Counted from the stretch's first letter, positions 40,911 to 57,570 are shown. The stretch is 64,000 bases of DNA from Octopus vulgaris (GCA_951406725.2 OX597821.1:62310001-62374000), one strand, 5' to 3'. Notes: generated by a model not told the origin, from the sequence alone. Program-made: numbers and translations.

Positions 40911-42454
40911 AGAATCATTGTCTTTTAGAACCTTATAATATCTACTATGTATATATCCAATTTAGTAATGGAGAAGTTTCAGTAGTACGCCCTCATAAAT
41001 GAAACTTCCCCAATACTAAATAGGGAATATACGTAGATATCACACCCCCATACCCACAGTTTACACAGGTAGAGGAGAATAGTTAGTGGGCTGTTATGTA
41101 GATAGGTAAATGTATGTGTGTTTGGCGTGTGTATGTATATATATATGTATGTTTACATGTACACTAGCATGTGGATATGAAAGTAAACAGATCAACATAC
41201 AGGCGGATAAGTACATAGGTTATATGAACAGACAAGCACACATACGCGCACAAACGCACACATACGCGCACAAACGCACACATACACAAATGAAGACTGA
41301 AACACATGACCATATATACACGATCACTTTACTTCAGACAAGGACACATATGGTGACACACGTCCACACATATATGGAGATGCACATCCATACATACAAA
41401 CATAGTACATAGTTGCAAAACACATACACGCTCACACACAAACACTCAGACATGCAGACACAAAGACACAATGAGATTGAGGTACACACACATATACAAA
41501 CACACACGTGCGCGCGTACACATACTTAAAAACGCACAAACACGGACACGCAAACTCATGAATATGCAGAATACATACATACAAATATACATACATACAT
41601 ATATAAATATGCACACACACATACATACATACACACACAAACATACATGCATGTGTAGGCACACATACACACACACACACACACACACTAAGCCACACAA
41701 ATGCGCACTGGAAACAAAAAGGAACGCAGTGTGAACAACGGACAGAGTAAAAACTATTGAAAAGTTTGCAAGACGCAACGGAAATTTTAGAAAAATAAAG
41801 AAGAAATAAGTGGAAATTTTACCGGTGAGTGTGTTAAATTATAAGGCAGCAAAAGAGAATGACTCTCCCCAGACACGACAGAATATGCTTCAACACAGAG
41901 TGTATGTGTGAGTGTGTCTACGTTGTTCAAGGACCAGGGACGCTAATTCGATTACATCCCCGTGACTTAGCAGTCACGCATATGGAGCGATAACATAAGT
42001 GCCAGATTTTGAAAAAAAAACTGTGCTTCGATCTAAAACCTTCAAATCTGTGCCCCAGGGTGGCCGAAGATTGTTCAGATAGTCATGGAAAATGAGAATA
42101 TACGTTTATTATCAAATCTACAAGAAGTTTTTTTTTATTGTCATCCTCCCATGCAAGCAAAGACGGGATTCTCTGCAGAAGCAATGCGGCGTCATTGATG
42201 AAGCAAGGCAGGCTATTTAATATCCACAGATCTGCGGAGTACTACTGATTGTTTTCACAGATTGCCTCATGGATGAAAAAGACTAAAGAAAGGAAAGAGA
42301 GCATTAAAACCAGAGTATTATCTGCAACCACTGACTTCAATCGTGCGTGGGTGAAGTGTTTTGCTCAGACTGCTGACCCTCAAACTGCAATCTTGCTGCA
42401 CAACTGGAATGTGATTACATTGCATTACCAAATTTACAAAGCTATATCTTTAAA

Positions 42455-43984
42455 ATTTGTTTCAAATTTTGGAGCAAAGCCTGTTATGTCGGGGGAAAGC
42501 TGTAAGTCGATTACATCGACCCCAGTAATAGAACTGGTACTTAGTTTATCAACCACAAAAGGATGAAAGGTAAATTCGATCTCGGCAGAATTTGAACTCT
42601 GAAGCCAAAGACGCGCAAAATACCGCTAACGGCATGCTAATTCACCGCCTTGAAACTTTTTGTTTCAATATTGACGGAATATTTGGGCGGCAAACTGGCA
42701 GAAACGTTAGAACGCCGGGCGAAATGCTCGCCTGCCGTTACGTTCTGAGTATTTCGTCTGCCGCTACGTTCTGAGTTCAAATGCCGCCGAAGTCGACTTT
42801 GCCTTTCATCCTTTCGCGGTCGATTAAATGAGTACCAGTTACGCACTGGGGTCGACATAATCGACTTAATCCGTTTATCTGTCCTTGTTTGTCCTCTTTG
42901 TGCTTAGCCCCTTGTGGGTAGTAAAGAAAGAGGAAGTCGGCGAGCTGGCAGAAACGTTAGCACGCCGGGCGAAATGCGTAGCCGTATTTTTTCTGCCGTT
43001 ACGTACTGAGTTCAAATTCCACCGAGGTCGACTTTGCCTTTCATCCTTTCGAGGTCGATAAATTAAGTACCAGTTAAGCACAGGGGTCGATGTAATCGAC
43101 TTAATCCGTTTGTCTGTCCTTGTTTGTCCTCTATGTGTTTAGTATCTTGTGGGTAGTAATGAAATAGGTATTTCGTCTGCCGTTACGTTCTGAGTTCAAA
43201 TTCCGCCGACTTTGCCTTTCATCCCTTCGGGGTCGATTAAATAAGTACCAGTTACGCAGTAGGTTCGATATAATCGACTTAATCCGTTTGTCTGTCCTTG
43301 TTTGTCCCCTCTGTGTTTAGCCCCTTGTGGGTAGTAAAGAAATAAGAAATAGGTATTTCGTCTGTCTTTGCGTACTGAGTTCAAATTCCGCCGAGGTAGA
43401 CTTTCCCTTTCATCTTTTCCGGGCCAATTAAATACGTAGCAGTTATGCACTGGGGCCGATGCAATCGACGTAATCCATTTGTCTGTCCTCGTTTCTCCTC
43501 TCCTAGTGTATTCCTTTATGGGCAGTAAAGAATAAGAATATTGACGGAAATTTGGGGTGGCGAGCTAGCAGAAACTTTAGCACGCCGGGCGAAATGCTTA
43601 GCGGTATTTCGTCTGTCTTTAGGGTCTGAGTTCAAATTCCGCCTAGTTTGACATTGCCCTTCATCATTTCGCAATCGATTAAATAGGTACCAGTTACGCA
43701 CTGGGGTTGATGTAATCGACTTAATCCCTTTGTCTGTCATCGTTTGTCCCCTCTATGTTTAGCCCCCTGTGGGCAATTAGGAAATAAATATTAACGGAAT
43801 TGTTTAGCAATATTTTCATCTGTCTTTACATTCTGAGTTCAAATTCCACCGTGGTCGACTTTAGCTTTCATCCTTTCGGGGTCGATAAATTAAGTACCAG
43901 CTGTTGAGTCGATCCAATCGACTGGCCCCCACTCCGCCAAAATTTTGGGGCTTGTGCCTAGAGTAGAAAAGAATATTGACGAAA
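42455..43984. mobile_element. Cluster of seven Deu/Nin-like SINEs (one minus, six plus head-to-tail)
   Basis: Minus copy at about 42455-42650. Plus copies start near 42685, 42938, 43169, 43350, 43555 and 43805, each with gagttcaaat.cc and gactttgcctttcatcctttcg.ggtcgat.aa.taagtaccag variants. Confidence 0.9.
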
Positions 43985-43989
43985 TTATG

Positions 43990-45130
43990 TATGAAGTCTG
44001 TACCACGGCAGTTGACAGTTAACTGAATGATGTGCGCATGTCAGCTCTGTTGTACTGGAAGTATTTAAAGCCAATGAAGACACGTTTTCTTCAACAGGTC
44101 TCTTGCCAATGCGTATATGTTGGAGTATCTTTTTGATACGAAAATGAAGGCTCGCTCTATAAAGTATCGTTTCACTTGTTCTCCAAGGCCCAATAACTTG
44201 AGACAGGGACTGACACAATATATCAAGGTGACTGCTATTTTGGAGGATGAATGAGCCATTCACTCTTTGATTTTCTAAAAAGAAATTATTGTGGCATGAA
44301 GAGTGAGCGACGCATTTTGATGCTTCAAAATCATAGAAGCTTGGATTTGGTCAACTATTCATGGACACTTGCGTGCCATTGGGAAATTCAACAGATCAGG
44401 TTTAATCGCGCGCAGAGGGTGAATGTGTGCTTTTCTTTGCTGTCACGCCTCACGAATGAAGCATTTTTGGACCGAATAGTGACTGGTGACGTAAAATTGG
44501 ATCTCTATACCAATGCCAAACACCGAAGACAGGATAGGAAAAGAAACACCGGCGCCCCAGGCTAAAAAAGTTTTTCACCCACGTAAGATGTTGCTAACTC
44601 TTTGGTGAGTTATAAAACATTTTGTCCACTTTGAAATTTTATATCCAAAGCAAACGATAGTAAAGGAAATCTCCTGGGAGCAGCTTGAGCGGCTTAAGTC
44701 AGCGCTTGAAAGAAAACGACAATATTTGGTTTCAAGACGAAAGGTGTTCTTCCATTAAGATAATGCTTGGTAAAATACAGAGAGGATGACATTCCAAGGG
44801 CTGGAGCAGTTTGAATGGGAAACGATACCCCATCCACCATATTCGTCAGATATTGCCCCATCTGATTATCATTTATTATGCAGTCTTCAAAATCATTTGG
44901 ACGGAAAAATATGAATTCTATAGATGAAATCAGAACAGAACTGGAGGAGTATTTTTCGTCACGGATAAGCGAATTTAGGAAGATGAACCTTGCAAACCTA
45001 TCAGATACATGGAAGAACATTGTAGAAAAACAAGAAGAGTATATTTTAGATTAAAAAATATCTTTGTTTATCTTAATTTTGAAATATAAAAGAAGTATAA
45101 AAGAACGGCATTACTTATGGGATGACCCAA
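43990..45130 (+). mobile_element. Decayed mariner (DD34D) transposon
   Basis: FLDRIVTGDVK (compare TGDEKW) and HPPYSSDIAPSDYHLL (compare YSPDLAPSDY). A likely 3-prime TIR ggcattacttatgggatgacccaa is followed by TA. Many stops. Confidence 0.88.
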
Positions 45131-45310
45131 TACATAAAACATTATTCTTTGCATTATACGAACGTGAAGGGAATTGTAAATCAAACTGTATATATACGTG
45201 AATATATATCTATGTTAAACATAACCGTATACAATTACAAAGATAGATATGTATATATGTATATCTTTGTATATATGTATAGACAGATTGATGTGGTGTA
45301 TGTTTTTATA

Positions 45311-45377
<67 letters not shown>

Positions 45378-46719
45378 GTATATTTTTTTATGCATGTGCA
45401 TATATATATATATAGTATATAGTATATACAAAACATAAGATGCAACAAACGATCGAATACTTTGTCGAATGATCTGAAGCAGAAAATTAACTGTTTCAAA
45501 GCCAGTGATTCCAGCGCCAATTTATTCGTAAAATTTGATAAGACAAGTAATCTCTACCAGATAAGTCAATCTTCTTAAAATCTCCTACATTCTAACTCAG
45601 GCTCGAACAGTAATAAAAATAACGTCTGGAAATTCAAACGGCATAAACACAAGTGCCAAAATATATAGTCACAACCTTTAAAATAGATGATACAATATAT
45701 ATTTTAGCTTGTAAATGCTCATACACGATAATGAAGAATAATAAATATAACTTTACTAACACCCCATTTATCTGACTAATAAAATCTCCCAAATGTTCTC
45801 TAGACATCATTAGTAAAAGCATAATTCATGTCTATGTACGCAACACCATAAAAAAGAAAACACGAGCAATCTTAGAATCGGGAACAACGTATATGATGTT
45901 ATTGAATAGCTGAAAACTCCTAAGCAAGATAAGTCTCTTCTTCCCATTTGAGAATAAAGGAATGAGAACCAACAATTACTGCAACGCTGAAATTTCCCAA
46001 ATCGATTGCAAATAATAAAGAACCAGAAATTGAGATAATAGAAGCTAGCACATCTCTTCCATTCCATACCAATAAGTACTGATGAATGAAATCCCTACTG
46101 TACCTTCATATGCTAGTGCTGACACAAACTCTCTGCAGAGGTCAATGACATTGATGGCTTATGCACACTATCGACACTGCACAGCACATGCATCATCCTC
46201 ATTTGTTTCAGATGGATTTCATAGAGACAATGGATGAAGTTCGTCAAAAATTTTAGTCTGCAAGAAGCAGGCAGATAACTCAAAAACTACGTCCTAAAAT
46301 TATGTTATGTTTGCAACATATCTCAAATCAGTTTACTTCCGTCGTGCGTCCATAAACTTTGAATCTTTATTATACATACCATATTAAAAGAAAATGAAAT
46401 AATCCAGTACATACTTTGATTTTTGAATGCCCCTTTATTGTAATCAAGTATCATATAACAAATATTTTCATCATGTCACAAAGCCATATTTAACGCAATT
46501 TAATTACAATGCAAGAAGGCATGTCACAATAACTAGTGTAGTCCAATACACCACATAAATCTTATAAATATTCCTCGAATTATGTATTTCTATCTATTCT
46601 ACTACTTCAAAGGTGCGTCCATCGTTTCTGTAATTATTTTATAAACAAACACAATATCAAATATCATAATCTACTACTAAAACCAAAAAAAAAATTATAA
46701 TTCTTTACCGACTCATAAA

Positions 46720-47115
46720 GACTCGTACGGCCGCTTTTCCGGTTTCCATAGCGTATATATTCACACTTTGAAGGAAGTGTTTTGCTCAAGATCTCAACAC
46801 GTGATCCGGTCAAGGAATCAAAACCTCAATCTTATGGTCACGAGTCCAGTACCCTAAACGTTAAGTCGTGCACCTCCACAATCTACTACTAATAATACTA
46901 TAAATGGTTCACATACATTATTCTGTGAGGAGCATAGGGCTGGTTTCTCGGTTTCTCTTGCGTATATATTCCTCCATTTCTTTCGGGTGATTCGACTGGA
47001 GCAACATGAAATGCATTGTTTTGCTCAAAAATACAACACATCCCTCTGTCGAAGAATCAAAGATCAATCGTATGATAATGAGTCCAACACCTTAACCACT
47101 AACCGTGAGCTTCCG
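46720..47115 (-). mobile_element. Two degenerate tRNA-SINE copies related to the 15841 family
   Basis: Both have ggtttc..gcgtatatatt, tgttttgctcaa, gaatcaaa and gagtcca..cc.taa. A similar relic lies at about 25655-25790. Confidence 0.55.
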
Positions 47116-47863
47116 CTATACTGTTACTGTTGTAATGCTATAAGACGTAGCTAATTACAAGAAATGTAAAGCTATACATAAAGTCCCACGGTGTACAATT
47201 GAAATAGAAACTGCATTGTCAGCAGCATATTCTAAGCCTTGATGAATAGTGGAGAATGAATGGGAAAGTATAGGCCATCATCTGAAATAAAATTTGTGAT
47301 AATTAAAACAGGACGTAAGATCCGAATACGTGAGAGAATAAAAATGTTTTTATATATTCCAGTACAGTTAGGATACCAAGGATTTGTAGGAAGGTTCACG
47401 GCATACAACGTAATTAAAAATTGACTTATGAAGGACAGCAAATACTGATTCATAAGTTGACGAGGGAAAACTATTCATCAAATCAATTTTGCCGCTTCTC
47501 ATCCTTTGCATGGATGACAAGGGGAGATGAGTCGTACTGTGTGGAATCCCTTATCTAGACAGTGTCAATTCAGATCAATGCAGAGTGTAACAGGTGTGTA
47601 AAACCGTTCAAACAAAATATGCAAAACCGTTGTCTTTTTATGACAGCTGAGGAAGAGAGTGTTTTGCAGTGTAACTGGTATGTATCGTGTATAAAAATCG
47701 GTGATACGTGTATAAACGCATGCATACGTGCATTTATATGTGTATATGCTAATTTATAAATAATATATTCCCTTAGAAAACTTACTTACATTATACATTC
47801 ATAAATGTATGTGTGTATATATGTATGTATGTATGCATATACATGCACATATACACACACAAA

Positions 47864-47934
<71 letters not shown>

Positions 47935-48411
47935 AGTGTTTATGAGGTTTCAAATGGAAAGAGGCTGCTCTTTCAGTGGCAGGTATTTTAATGCAAGCAC
48001 ACACCGATTTATCTCCATATCAATTAATATACTTTAGAATTCATTAATTTGTGTTAGCATTAATGTTAACACTTATGAAGTTCCAGTTGTTGGCATAAAT
48101 ATTTTCCTCCATTCGACATAGAAAAAAAATAAAACAATTTTAATAATATAATATAAGAAAAATGGAAAATAAGCAATTCCCCATCCAATCGGATATGAAT
48201 GAATATTTGTCAATTTTTGCCCTGAAAAGATTTGCGCCTTTTAAATGCATAATGCAATCTTAGTCACAAATATGAATGAAAGTAAGAAACTGAAACGTAC
48301 GTAGTCGATCTAAATTTGACTATTATATAAATAAACATATATTTCTTGTGAGCAAACACTCCCATTTTCCTATATTATATTATATTTATTATACTATATT
48401 ATATATGTATA

Positions 48412-48600
48412 TCTTAATATATAAAACTAAGAATGTGTGTCTGCCTGTCGGAATCCTTAAAACTTGAGAACTACTCAACTGATTTTATTCAAATTTTACA
48501 CATGCCTACCTTAGGGTCCATGCAATGTCATGGGCCAAACAAATGTCAACTACTTGCCTAATACGAGCCGGAAGCAATCTGTTATCTCTTACAATATTTC
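48412..48600 (+). mobile_element. Possible Helitron-type 5-prime end
   Basis: a|TCttaatatataaaactaagaatgtgtgtctgcctg resembles the start at 37298. No matching 3-prime end was found. Confidence 0.35.
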
Positions 48601-48748
48601 AGCATTGTCTATTGTAATGTGAGATACATTCAGTTTAATAGTTACACTATTAATAATAATGAAACTATTAAACTGAAGCTATTATAACACATATATATCT
48701 AACGTAAATACATGCATACATACGAAAATACATACATATACATATAAA

Positions 48749-49850
<1,102 letters not shown>

Positions 49851-49869
49851 TTTGGTTAGTTTTTGTAGA

Positions 49870-50506
49870 AGATTTCAAAAAGTTAACAAATCACAGTTGG
49901 TGATGTGCAGACTCTTCTGAAATTCCAAATGTTATGCATACAAACTGTCCTGCAACTGTCATGGTTTTAGAGGTATTCAGCAATGAAGGACATGGGATGA
50001 CTACTACCTTCTTTCCACAAGGCCTTTGTCAACTCTGCCGCCTACATTGACATCCTGGAAATAATTGTTAAACCCTGGATAGACAGTGTATGCAATGGAA
50101 GGTCATATGTGTTTCAATTAGACTCTGCACTATCACACATGATCATATAACCCCTAAAATGTGGCATCCTAATTCCCCAGATCTCAATCCGTTGGACTAT
50201 TACATGTGGAGCGTTGTTGAAAGAGAGGTCAATAAACACGCGCATAGCATGTTTTGAAAGCTGCCATTGTCAGAGTAATGTCCAAAATGAACCAGGAACA
50301 CTTGATTCGAGCATGTAGATGATTTATATCTCATATAGAAGGAGTTGTTGAAGTTGAAGTTGGCTTTAGTGAATAACATTATGAAAAAGGTTTATTTTTA
50401 TCCTCATAGCATTATTTGATAAATAAAGTTATTATCTGTTATTATATAGCTGTTTTTCTTTTATAAACGTAAATCTGTCCTCAGATCTCTTACGCACACA
50501 CTCTAT
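49870..50506 (+). mobile_element. Tc1/mariner-superfamily (maT-like) transposase 3-prime fragment
   Basis: VMVL.VFSNEGH, YIDILEIIVKPWIDSVCNGRSYVFQLDSA and W.PNSPDLNPLDYYMWSVVEREVNKH. Confidence 0.82.
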
Positions 50507-50722
50507 ATATTAAATTGAGATTTAGTAGGGTATCTAAATACACCCTGATATTACGAGATCCATCGCTCCAAAACCACCTATAAATCACTATTAAAAAATA
50601 CACGGACAATGCAACGAATATAGCAGAAACCTTGCGTGGAATACATGCACATATACATTGGGACTTCAGCGTTGCCGCAGTCAATTTGACCGAAGCAAGC
50701 AAAAGAATAACAGAGTAAAAGA

Positions 50723-50760
<38 letters not shown>

Positions 50761-50781
50761 GGAGAGAGAGATTGATTGATT

Positions 50782-50849
<68 letters not shown>

Positions 50850-52193
50850 TGCATATGTATATGCGCATCCCCATCTATGCGTGTATATGTGGCTGTTTTT
50901 GACATTAATACATTGAATATATTCATTCAGATGACAATATTCTGCAATTCTCGAAATATCTCAGTTATTTCTTTATTTGTAATCTATTGGTACTTAATTA
51001 TCCTCTCACTGTCAAACAATGCCACCTAACCTTGAACATACAATAGACTGTTTTAAATATTCTGTTGCATTTTTGGTTTTCTTTCCTGTAATCTATGATG
51101 AATTATATATTGGTAGTAACGTGTGGACGTTTCCCATTTTTATATTGATTACGTTATCACCACTCTTTGGGGTGGTGTTGGTGCTGGTACTTAGGGTAGT
51201 ATCGGTTTTTATTATGTCGATGTTGTTATTGTTGATCTTTGTGGTGAACATGTCATTTATGTAATCATTCGTCACTGAAATATTGGTTGGTGTCGGTAAT
51301 GATGTTCATGTTAATATTTCACTCATTCACATTTAATAGCTCCCACCCTTTTTTCTTTCTTTTCTCTGATGAGTTTCCTGTTATTTCAACGAACACGCCT
51401 TTACTAACTTACAAACATCTGGAACACTACTATCACCGCCAACTGTTTTATTACGGCAACAAAAATTTTATACCAGTTTTGATATTCGTACATTTATTTT
51501 TTACGTATGTCATAATGATACCCTCTCCAATCCAATTCTGAAGATTTCAATATTAGACCTCTGAACACTTACAATTTCGTATCCATATTGAGTATTGCTC
51601 TTTGAAAAAAAATTCATTTCACTTTCTGTCATATCATATTCATTCTACGTACTGCATCATATATTATTTCTGTACGTTGAACACATATATTTGCAGAATA
51701 TTAGAAATTGTAGTTTGGATTAGAATATGGGCACCGAAAATAAATAAAGAAATAAAATTAAAAATTAAAGCAAATTTATAAAAGCTATACATAAGAGGTG
51801 GATTTGATTGCTTCGAATTCCGTTAGAAGTATTGGCGCGAAATGGCAGATTATTACACAGAGAGAAAAACAGACACGGAGCAAATGAAATAATAAATAAC
51901 AATGAAAGAAAAGAAAACATGTAACCGGTGTCGATCAAAGGTAACTGCTTCTATAATGTATATTCCATTCTCTACAAACTCTACTTTGTGAGATTGCAGT
52001 AAGTTAGAAAATCGAAGAGCTATTGATTGTTCAGTGGAGAAAATGATTTTATAGGCGCATATAGGTATATAAAAAAAATTTAAATATACACAAGGAAATG
52101 CATATACATACGGACATACATCTACAAAGGCATTCACATACATGAATATAGTACGTTCATATGTACTTATATACGCATACACGTAGACATACA

Positions 52194-52231
<38 letters not shown>

Positions 52232-52453
52232 TATACGTTACATATATGTATGTGTTTGTGTATGTGTGTGTATGTCTGTGGGTGTGTAGTAAAGTTTATT
52301 CATTTAGAGAAGTGGCATAGTGACCTTAGCTTCAAAGAATCCATGCATACATACACATCCATATACATATACGTATGCATATTTATATATATGCGTGTGT
52401 ATGTGTGTAGATATAAATATATATAAATATATATATATTTATATATATATATG

Positions 52454-52567
<114 letters not shown>

Positions 52568-52733
52568 TGATTTTCGTTTGCATCCAATCGGTGACAAAAT
52601 ATCAAATGGCTTATTTCGAAGTATACGCACTATCAAATATTTGCACTATGCATTATGTATGCACGGTGCATAGATGTGTGTGCGTGTTTGTGTATGAGCG
52701 TATATTTGAATTTCGCGTATATACACAAGTAAG

Positions 52734-52777
<44 letters not shown>

Positions 52778-53106
52778 GCACACACATATACATTATAGAT
52801 GATATATGCATGTGTTTGTGTGTATATATATATATAGATATATACGCACATATAGCATCTATGTACAAGCAAATATTTATATTTTGAGGCTCAGACAAAA
52901 GATATGAAATCCTTTATATGCCATATACTCGATGTGTTTTTCTTTATGTATATGCGTTTAAAAATATGTTTGCGAATTGTCCGTTTACTCCGATACATGG
53001 ATATCGTTGTGTTGCTTACGTCTTATGAATTATCATGAAAAGTTTGTGTTGATCGTAAATTCTCGACTATATATACATATATGTATACACACCCATATAT
53101 ATATAA

Positions 53107-53156
<50 letters not shown>

Positions 53157-53588
53157 GCATGAATATGTATACACACATGCATACACATGCACACGTTCAC
53201 AAGCACGCACACACGCATGCACACATATATACATACATATATATGATTCTTCTTCATGAAGTTTCAGCTGATGAAGGTCGATATTCCTTTTCTGTACAAT
53301 TCTTCATAATTTTGGTTATATTTGAATTCAATTTCCGTTGCTCAGCGTCTCAGGTTTAACAACACCCATCAAATAATTTTAGTGTTTTGCATTTTAGGAG
53401 GAATTTGGGGAATAAATGGTTAGCAGCATATAAGGCTAACCTGATGTACCAGGTAAAATATAGAAAGGATCGAAAAGTATGTTATATAGGTTTAATGGGT
53501 GTGGTAATAGCTTTTTCTTTCAGAACATACTTTTGTAGCGTTTGAAGACACAAATAAAGGACTGCTCCTTTGCTATAAATATTATATA

Positions 53589-54101
53589 CTGTAAATCCTC
53601 GAGTATAATCTGCATTTTTTACCCCCAAATTTAAAGGTCAAAATCCCTAGTGCGTACTATATACGAGGTTAAAAATGAAAATTATTTTCTAGGCAATGTC
53701 CGAGTCTCTATTTGTTGTCTAGCTAAATTTATTCAGATGCATTTTGTGATGTCGGGTGCGAAAATACCTTAAGCTAAGCCTGTAAGCAATGAAGTCATAA
53801 ACTGATCATCCATAACTTGCTGTAAGCAATATTTATTAAATGTTATTACTGTTATTTCTTTATTTTCTGCAATCAAAATGCACAGAAATGCTACACGTTT
53901 GTATTATGTTATATATACAATAATAATATAGGACGTTACCGTATACATTTTTACAAGACAAGGACGTTATATAGACCTCCTTGACTCAAGTTAGAGAAGG
54001 GGTGCATATTATACACAAGGTTTAGGTTTTTCAGAGGTACAGCCCCCTAAAAATCCCCTACGTATTATATTCATGGGCGGACTATTCTCTAGGATTTACG
54101 G
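53589..54101. mobile_element. MITE (pogo/Tc1-like)
   Basis: TIRs ctgtaaatcctcgagtataatc and gactattctctaggatttacgg. TA on the left and CA on the right, with internal subterminal repeats such as gcgtactatatacgagg. Confidence 0.7.
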
Positions 54102-57100
54102 CATTTATTATTTTTTTTCTGATGGATGCGTGTCTGACTGAGTAGCAGAATGTCCTGATATGTTATCAGTGCTGTTGTATATTTTTACTTGTATTTTGTT
54201 CTCGATACTAACTCGCTCTTCCTGTTGTATTAAGGAATACCATACCTGTCTTTACTAACTTGAAGATCACAGTGTGTCAGTTGATGTAACATCGGAGTCT
54301 ATTTTAGGCAACTTGAATAACCAGTGATATTCATACGATATATTTTTCAGTTATTACCCTTTTTAACACATTTATAAATCCGGAAGTATCACCACACACA
54401 AGGTTATTTTTATCACAATGCTTAATCAACATCTGAATAAATGTATTAATTTTGCCTGTTGTAAGTTATATAATGGATTTCTTTCCATGTTTTTTTACAC
54501 ATCATAACACAGATGAAATGTTTGATTAAATTTTCACATATCCTGTGGACGTAAACCACCAGCAGACTTTTACCTTTTGCTTCCTTTCAGAAAATTAACA
54601 TCTGTCGTGCGATTGTTATTAATACGTTTACGCTTGATAATTTTTTAGTGTAAATAGTGTAAATGAATAATATATTTTGTTCTTTCACGAATACATTGAA
54701 AATCACCAAATGCGATAGCGTTAATAAGTAGTATTGTATCGAAATATGAATTAATATCTTATGGTCTATACGTTTATGGAACGTGCAGGTCACATGTGTA
54801 GGTCTCATGAGATGTGTACTTTTACAAAATATAACCTCGTGCTGTAATGTTTCAATAAATAATTTAGAACCTTAAGAATATTTTGGAGGAATGGTACATA
54901 ACGTGCGCATACGCTGTAAATCTATGTGATGTGATATAAAAAGATGTTTGCGTATGATCTTGAAACGTTAATGTTAAGATCGTTCCTAAATATTTGCTTG
55001 CCACTTAGATTATGCTGAATTATATAAGGAATATCGTTTAAGTACTCCTGTATTCCTGTCATTATCCTTGATTATCAACTATATATTTGTTAGCTTGTGG
55101 GCATTTTCAAACAGCAACGTTAAATTCATAAACATATGTTTATTATATTTATGATTGATTGGTAGTTCTTTTGTTCTTTAACTCTGTATGTCATCGTCAA
55201 AGCACGTAAATAATATTGTGTCACTGCATTTAACGTAAGTAATATATCATGCCATTTGTCGTCAAATGACGAAATAAATTCTATTTCATATAGAAAAATA
55301 TTTAGTTTGCTTCGAGATATTTACATATTTAGATATAGACATATCAGTATGCTTACATAACTGGCTGTCTAGTTGAAGACTACCTTAAATTTGGCAGAAG
55401 CCCTTCCTGAAACGCGTCTGCATTTGAACCTATCGATGTGTAAATTTAGGGCACGGAGAAGGTTATACATTAGGCACTTTATTCTCGAGATAAATTGTCC
55501 TATATCGCAATGAATATCGGTGTAGTGCTTATTCTTACGAGGTATAATAATGAAAGTAATGCTGATGCATTTTGCTCTACGGTTAAATTATGAAATTGAA
55601 TAACAAATTTAGTTCATCGTATTTTATTGGCGATAGATATATTAATATATTAGACGGCCAAATATATATTATATTCTCGCGTATTATTGGATGTGATATA
55701 ATTTTTGACGATGCCTCATACACATATATATTTAAATGAAAACTTTAAGGCGCTTTAAAATCTATCTTTAGCGTAAATATGCAATAGATTCAGCCAAACC
55801 GACTTTCTAAACAGAAAAATAATGTCATCTCTCCAGCGTACTGATTATGTCTCTGAGCAACAAACAATTGCGTTACGAATTTATATCTTTTAAAAGGTAA
55901 AAATGATAAATATTCACTCTATCTAAATGTAGATAGAAAGTGAGAGTCAGTTAAGCGATTTACCTATAATCTCTCACACATAAATACAATTTAATGAAAA
56001 GTAAATGTTTAGGGACATATTATCTTCGCTAATTAAAGGCGTATATTTTGTTGGAATTATCAGAATTTAAAACAAAATAACTTAATCTACCTCACTGAAA
56101 ATTTTGGCTGATTCATTATGTTTAACGCTGGAAACTTCTATTCTCTGATAATGTTGGCATAGGAAAGAGGTGAAAGCCGATTAAAAAAATTGATTTCGGG
56201 GGTAATATTTCACGGCTGGTAGTTATTTTATGACACAACTGACGCTCAATGTAAGAAGCTTCCTCTTATAATATGCCGGATTTTTTTGATTAGCAGTACA
56301 TATCGTCTCTTTGTAACCTTATGCATATTTTATTTCAGGCTTTAAAACTGCGAACACATTATATGTGGAATTTCATTTTGATACATTAATTTCGACCAAC
56401 CATTTATTCAAACTCTCGTATCCCACCAGGTAATAGTTACAATATACATTTTTCCTGCTTAATAATATCTGAATCAAGCCTAAATATAGAAATGGTATAT
56501 ATAGAAATATATTGAAATATATTTTAAAATCTATTGATCTTTACAGTATCCAGAGATTTTTCTAGAGTTAGCTGCACACGTTTTAAATCTTTGAATGCGC
56601 AGTGTAATGCTATTTTAGATATAAAATGAGAGATTTGTAATCCTTCTTGTGCATTTTCTTGTTACACAATACTACAGTGAATGAACATTTCATAAAATTA
56701 CTCCTTGAAATATCATGAAATAATACTGTTTATAAATATTGTAGTTCTATGTTTTCAAAGCAGTGTGCTAAATAAAGGTGTATATGAAAATGAAATGCCT
56801 TCGTCATTTAACAAGTAAGGTACTATTAGAAAATATTGTCGTTCGAGATATTTCTATTTTCATTTTGTCTTTGAAGGAATGCTTATTGGATGTTACTTGA
56901 AAGCCCTGCGAATTCTATTAAGATGTTGAGATTTGCGCTAACATTCACGGTGAAAAGAATCTAGGCGTGTACATGATAAGCTAACTACACCTACATCTTA
57001 ATAAATGATTCGAAAATATTAACACTCATTGTTGCCCAGACTATTAATAGTATCGATTTCTCCGATTGTATTCCTCCATATAGTAGAAATTAGAATGTAA

Positions 57101-57335
57101 GGAAACAACAGCATAATTTATATTTCAGACACAATCCTTCGATGTCGGACTAAATGTTTGCTGAATATGTCCAAATATTATTGTGATGACTAAATCTATC
57201 AGTTTTCTTGGAGTAAGGCGACCGAAATCAGTTACGTTTTTCTTTTTACAAACCAGTTGAGGCAGTGCTTTAAATAAATGTTTAGTTTATTTGATATGTG
57301 ACCTGGCACTAGACATACAATCCCAACAACAACCA

Positions 57336-57337
<2 letters not shown>

Positions 57338-57371
<34 letters not shown>

Positions 57372-57457
57372 TAATAATAATAATAATAGTAATAATAGTA
57401 ATAATAATAATAAAAGTAATAATAATAATAATAATAATAGTAATAATAAAAATAGTA

Positions 57458-57527
<70 letters not shown>

Positions 57528-57570
57528 TAATAATGATAATAATAATAATGATAATAATAATAATAATAAT
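57338..57570. repeat. (AAT)n microsatellite
   Basis: Long interrupted AAT run. Confidence 0.95.

Noticed and set aside
42685-42790. A and B boxes as a tRNA gene
   Set aside because: No cloverleaf. These are SINE heads followed by core and tail.
45634-46290. Hydrophobic minus-strand ORFs resembling a membrane protein
   Set aside because: Short and stop-ridden. More likely the antisense of A-rich decayed LINE sequence (plus strand IANNKEPEIEIIEA).
47559-47677. AG..GT-bounded open frame TVSIQINAECNRCVKPF
   Set aside because: Short polypyrimidine tract, no homology recognised and no linked exons.
53268-53345. CTGATGAAGG core
   Set aside because: No downstream GAAA or closing stems found.
55390-55425. 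GAAACGCGTC hammerhead-like 3-prime half
   Set aside because: No CUGANGA core upstream. At best a deleted relic.
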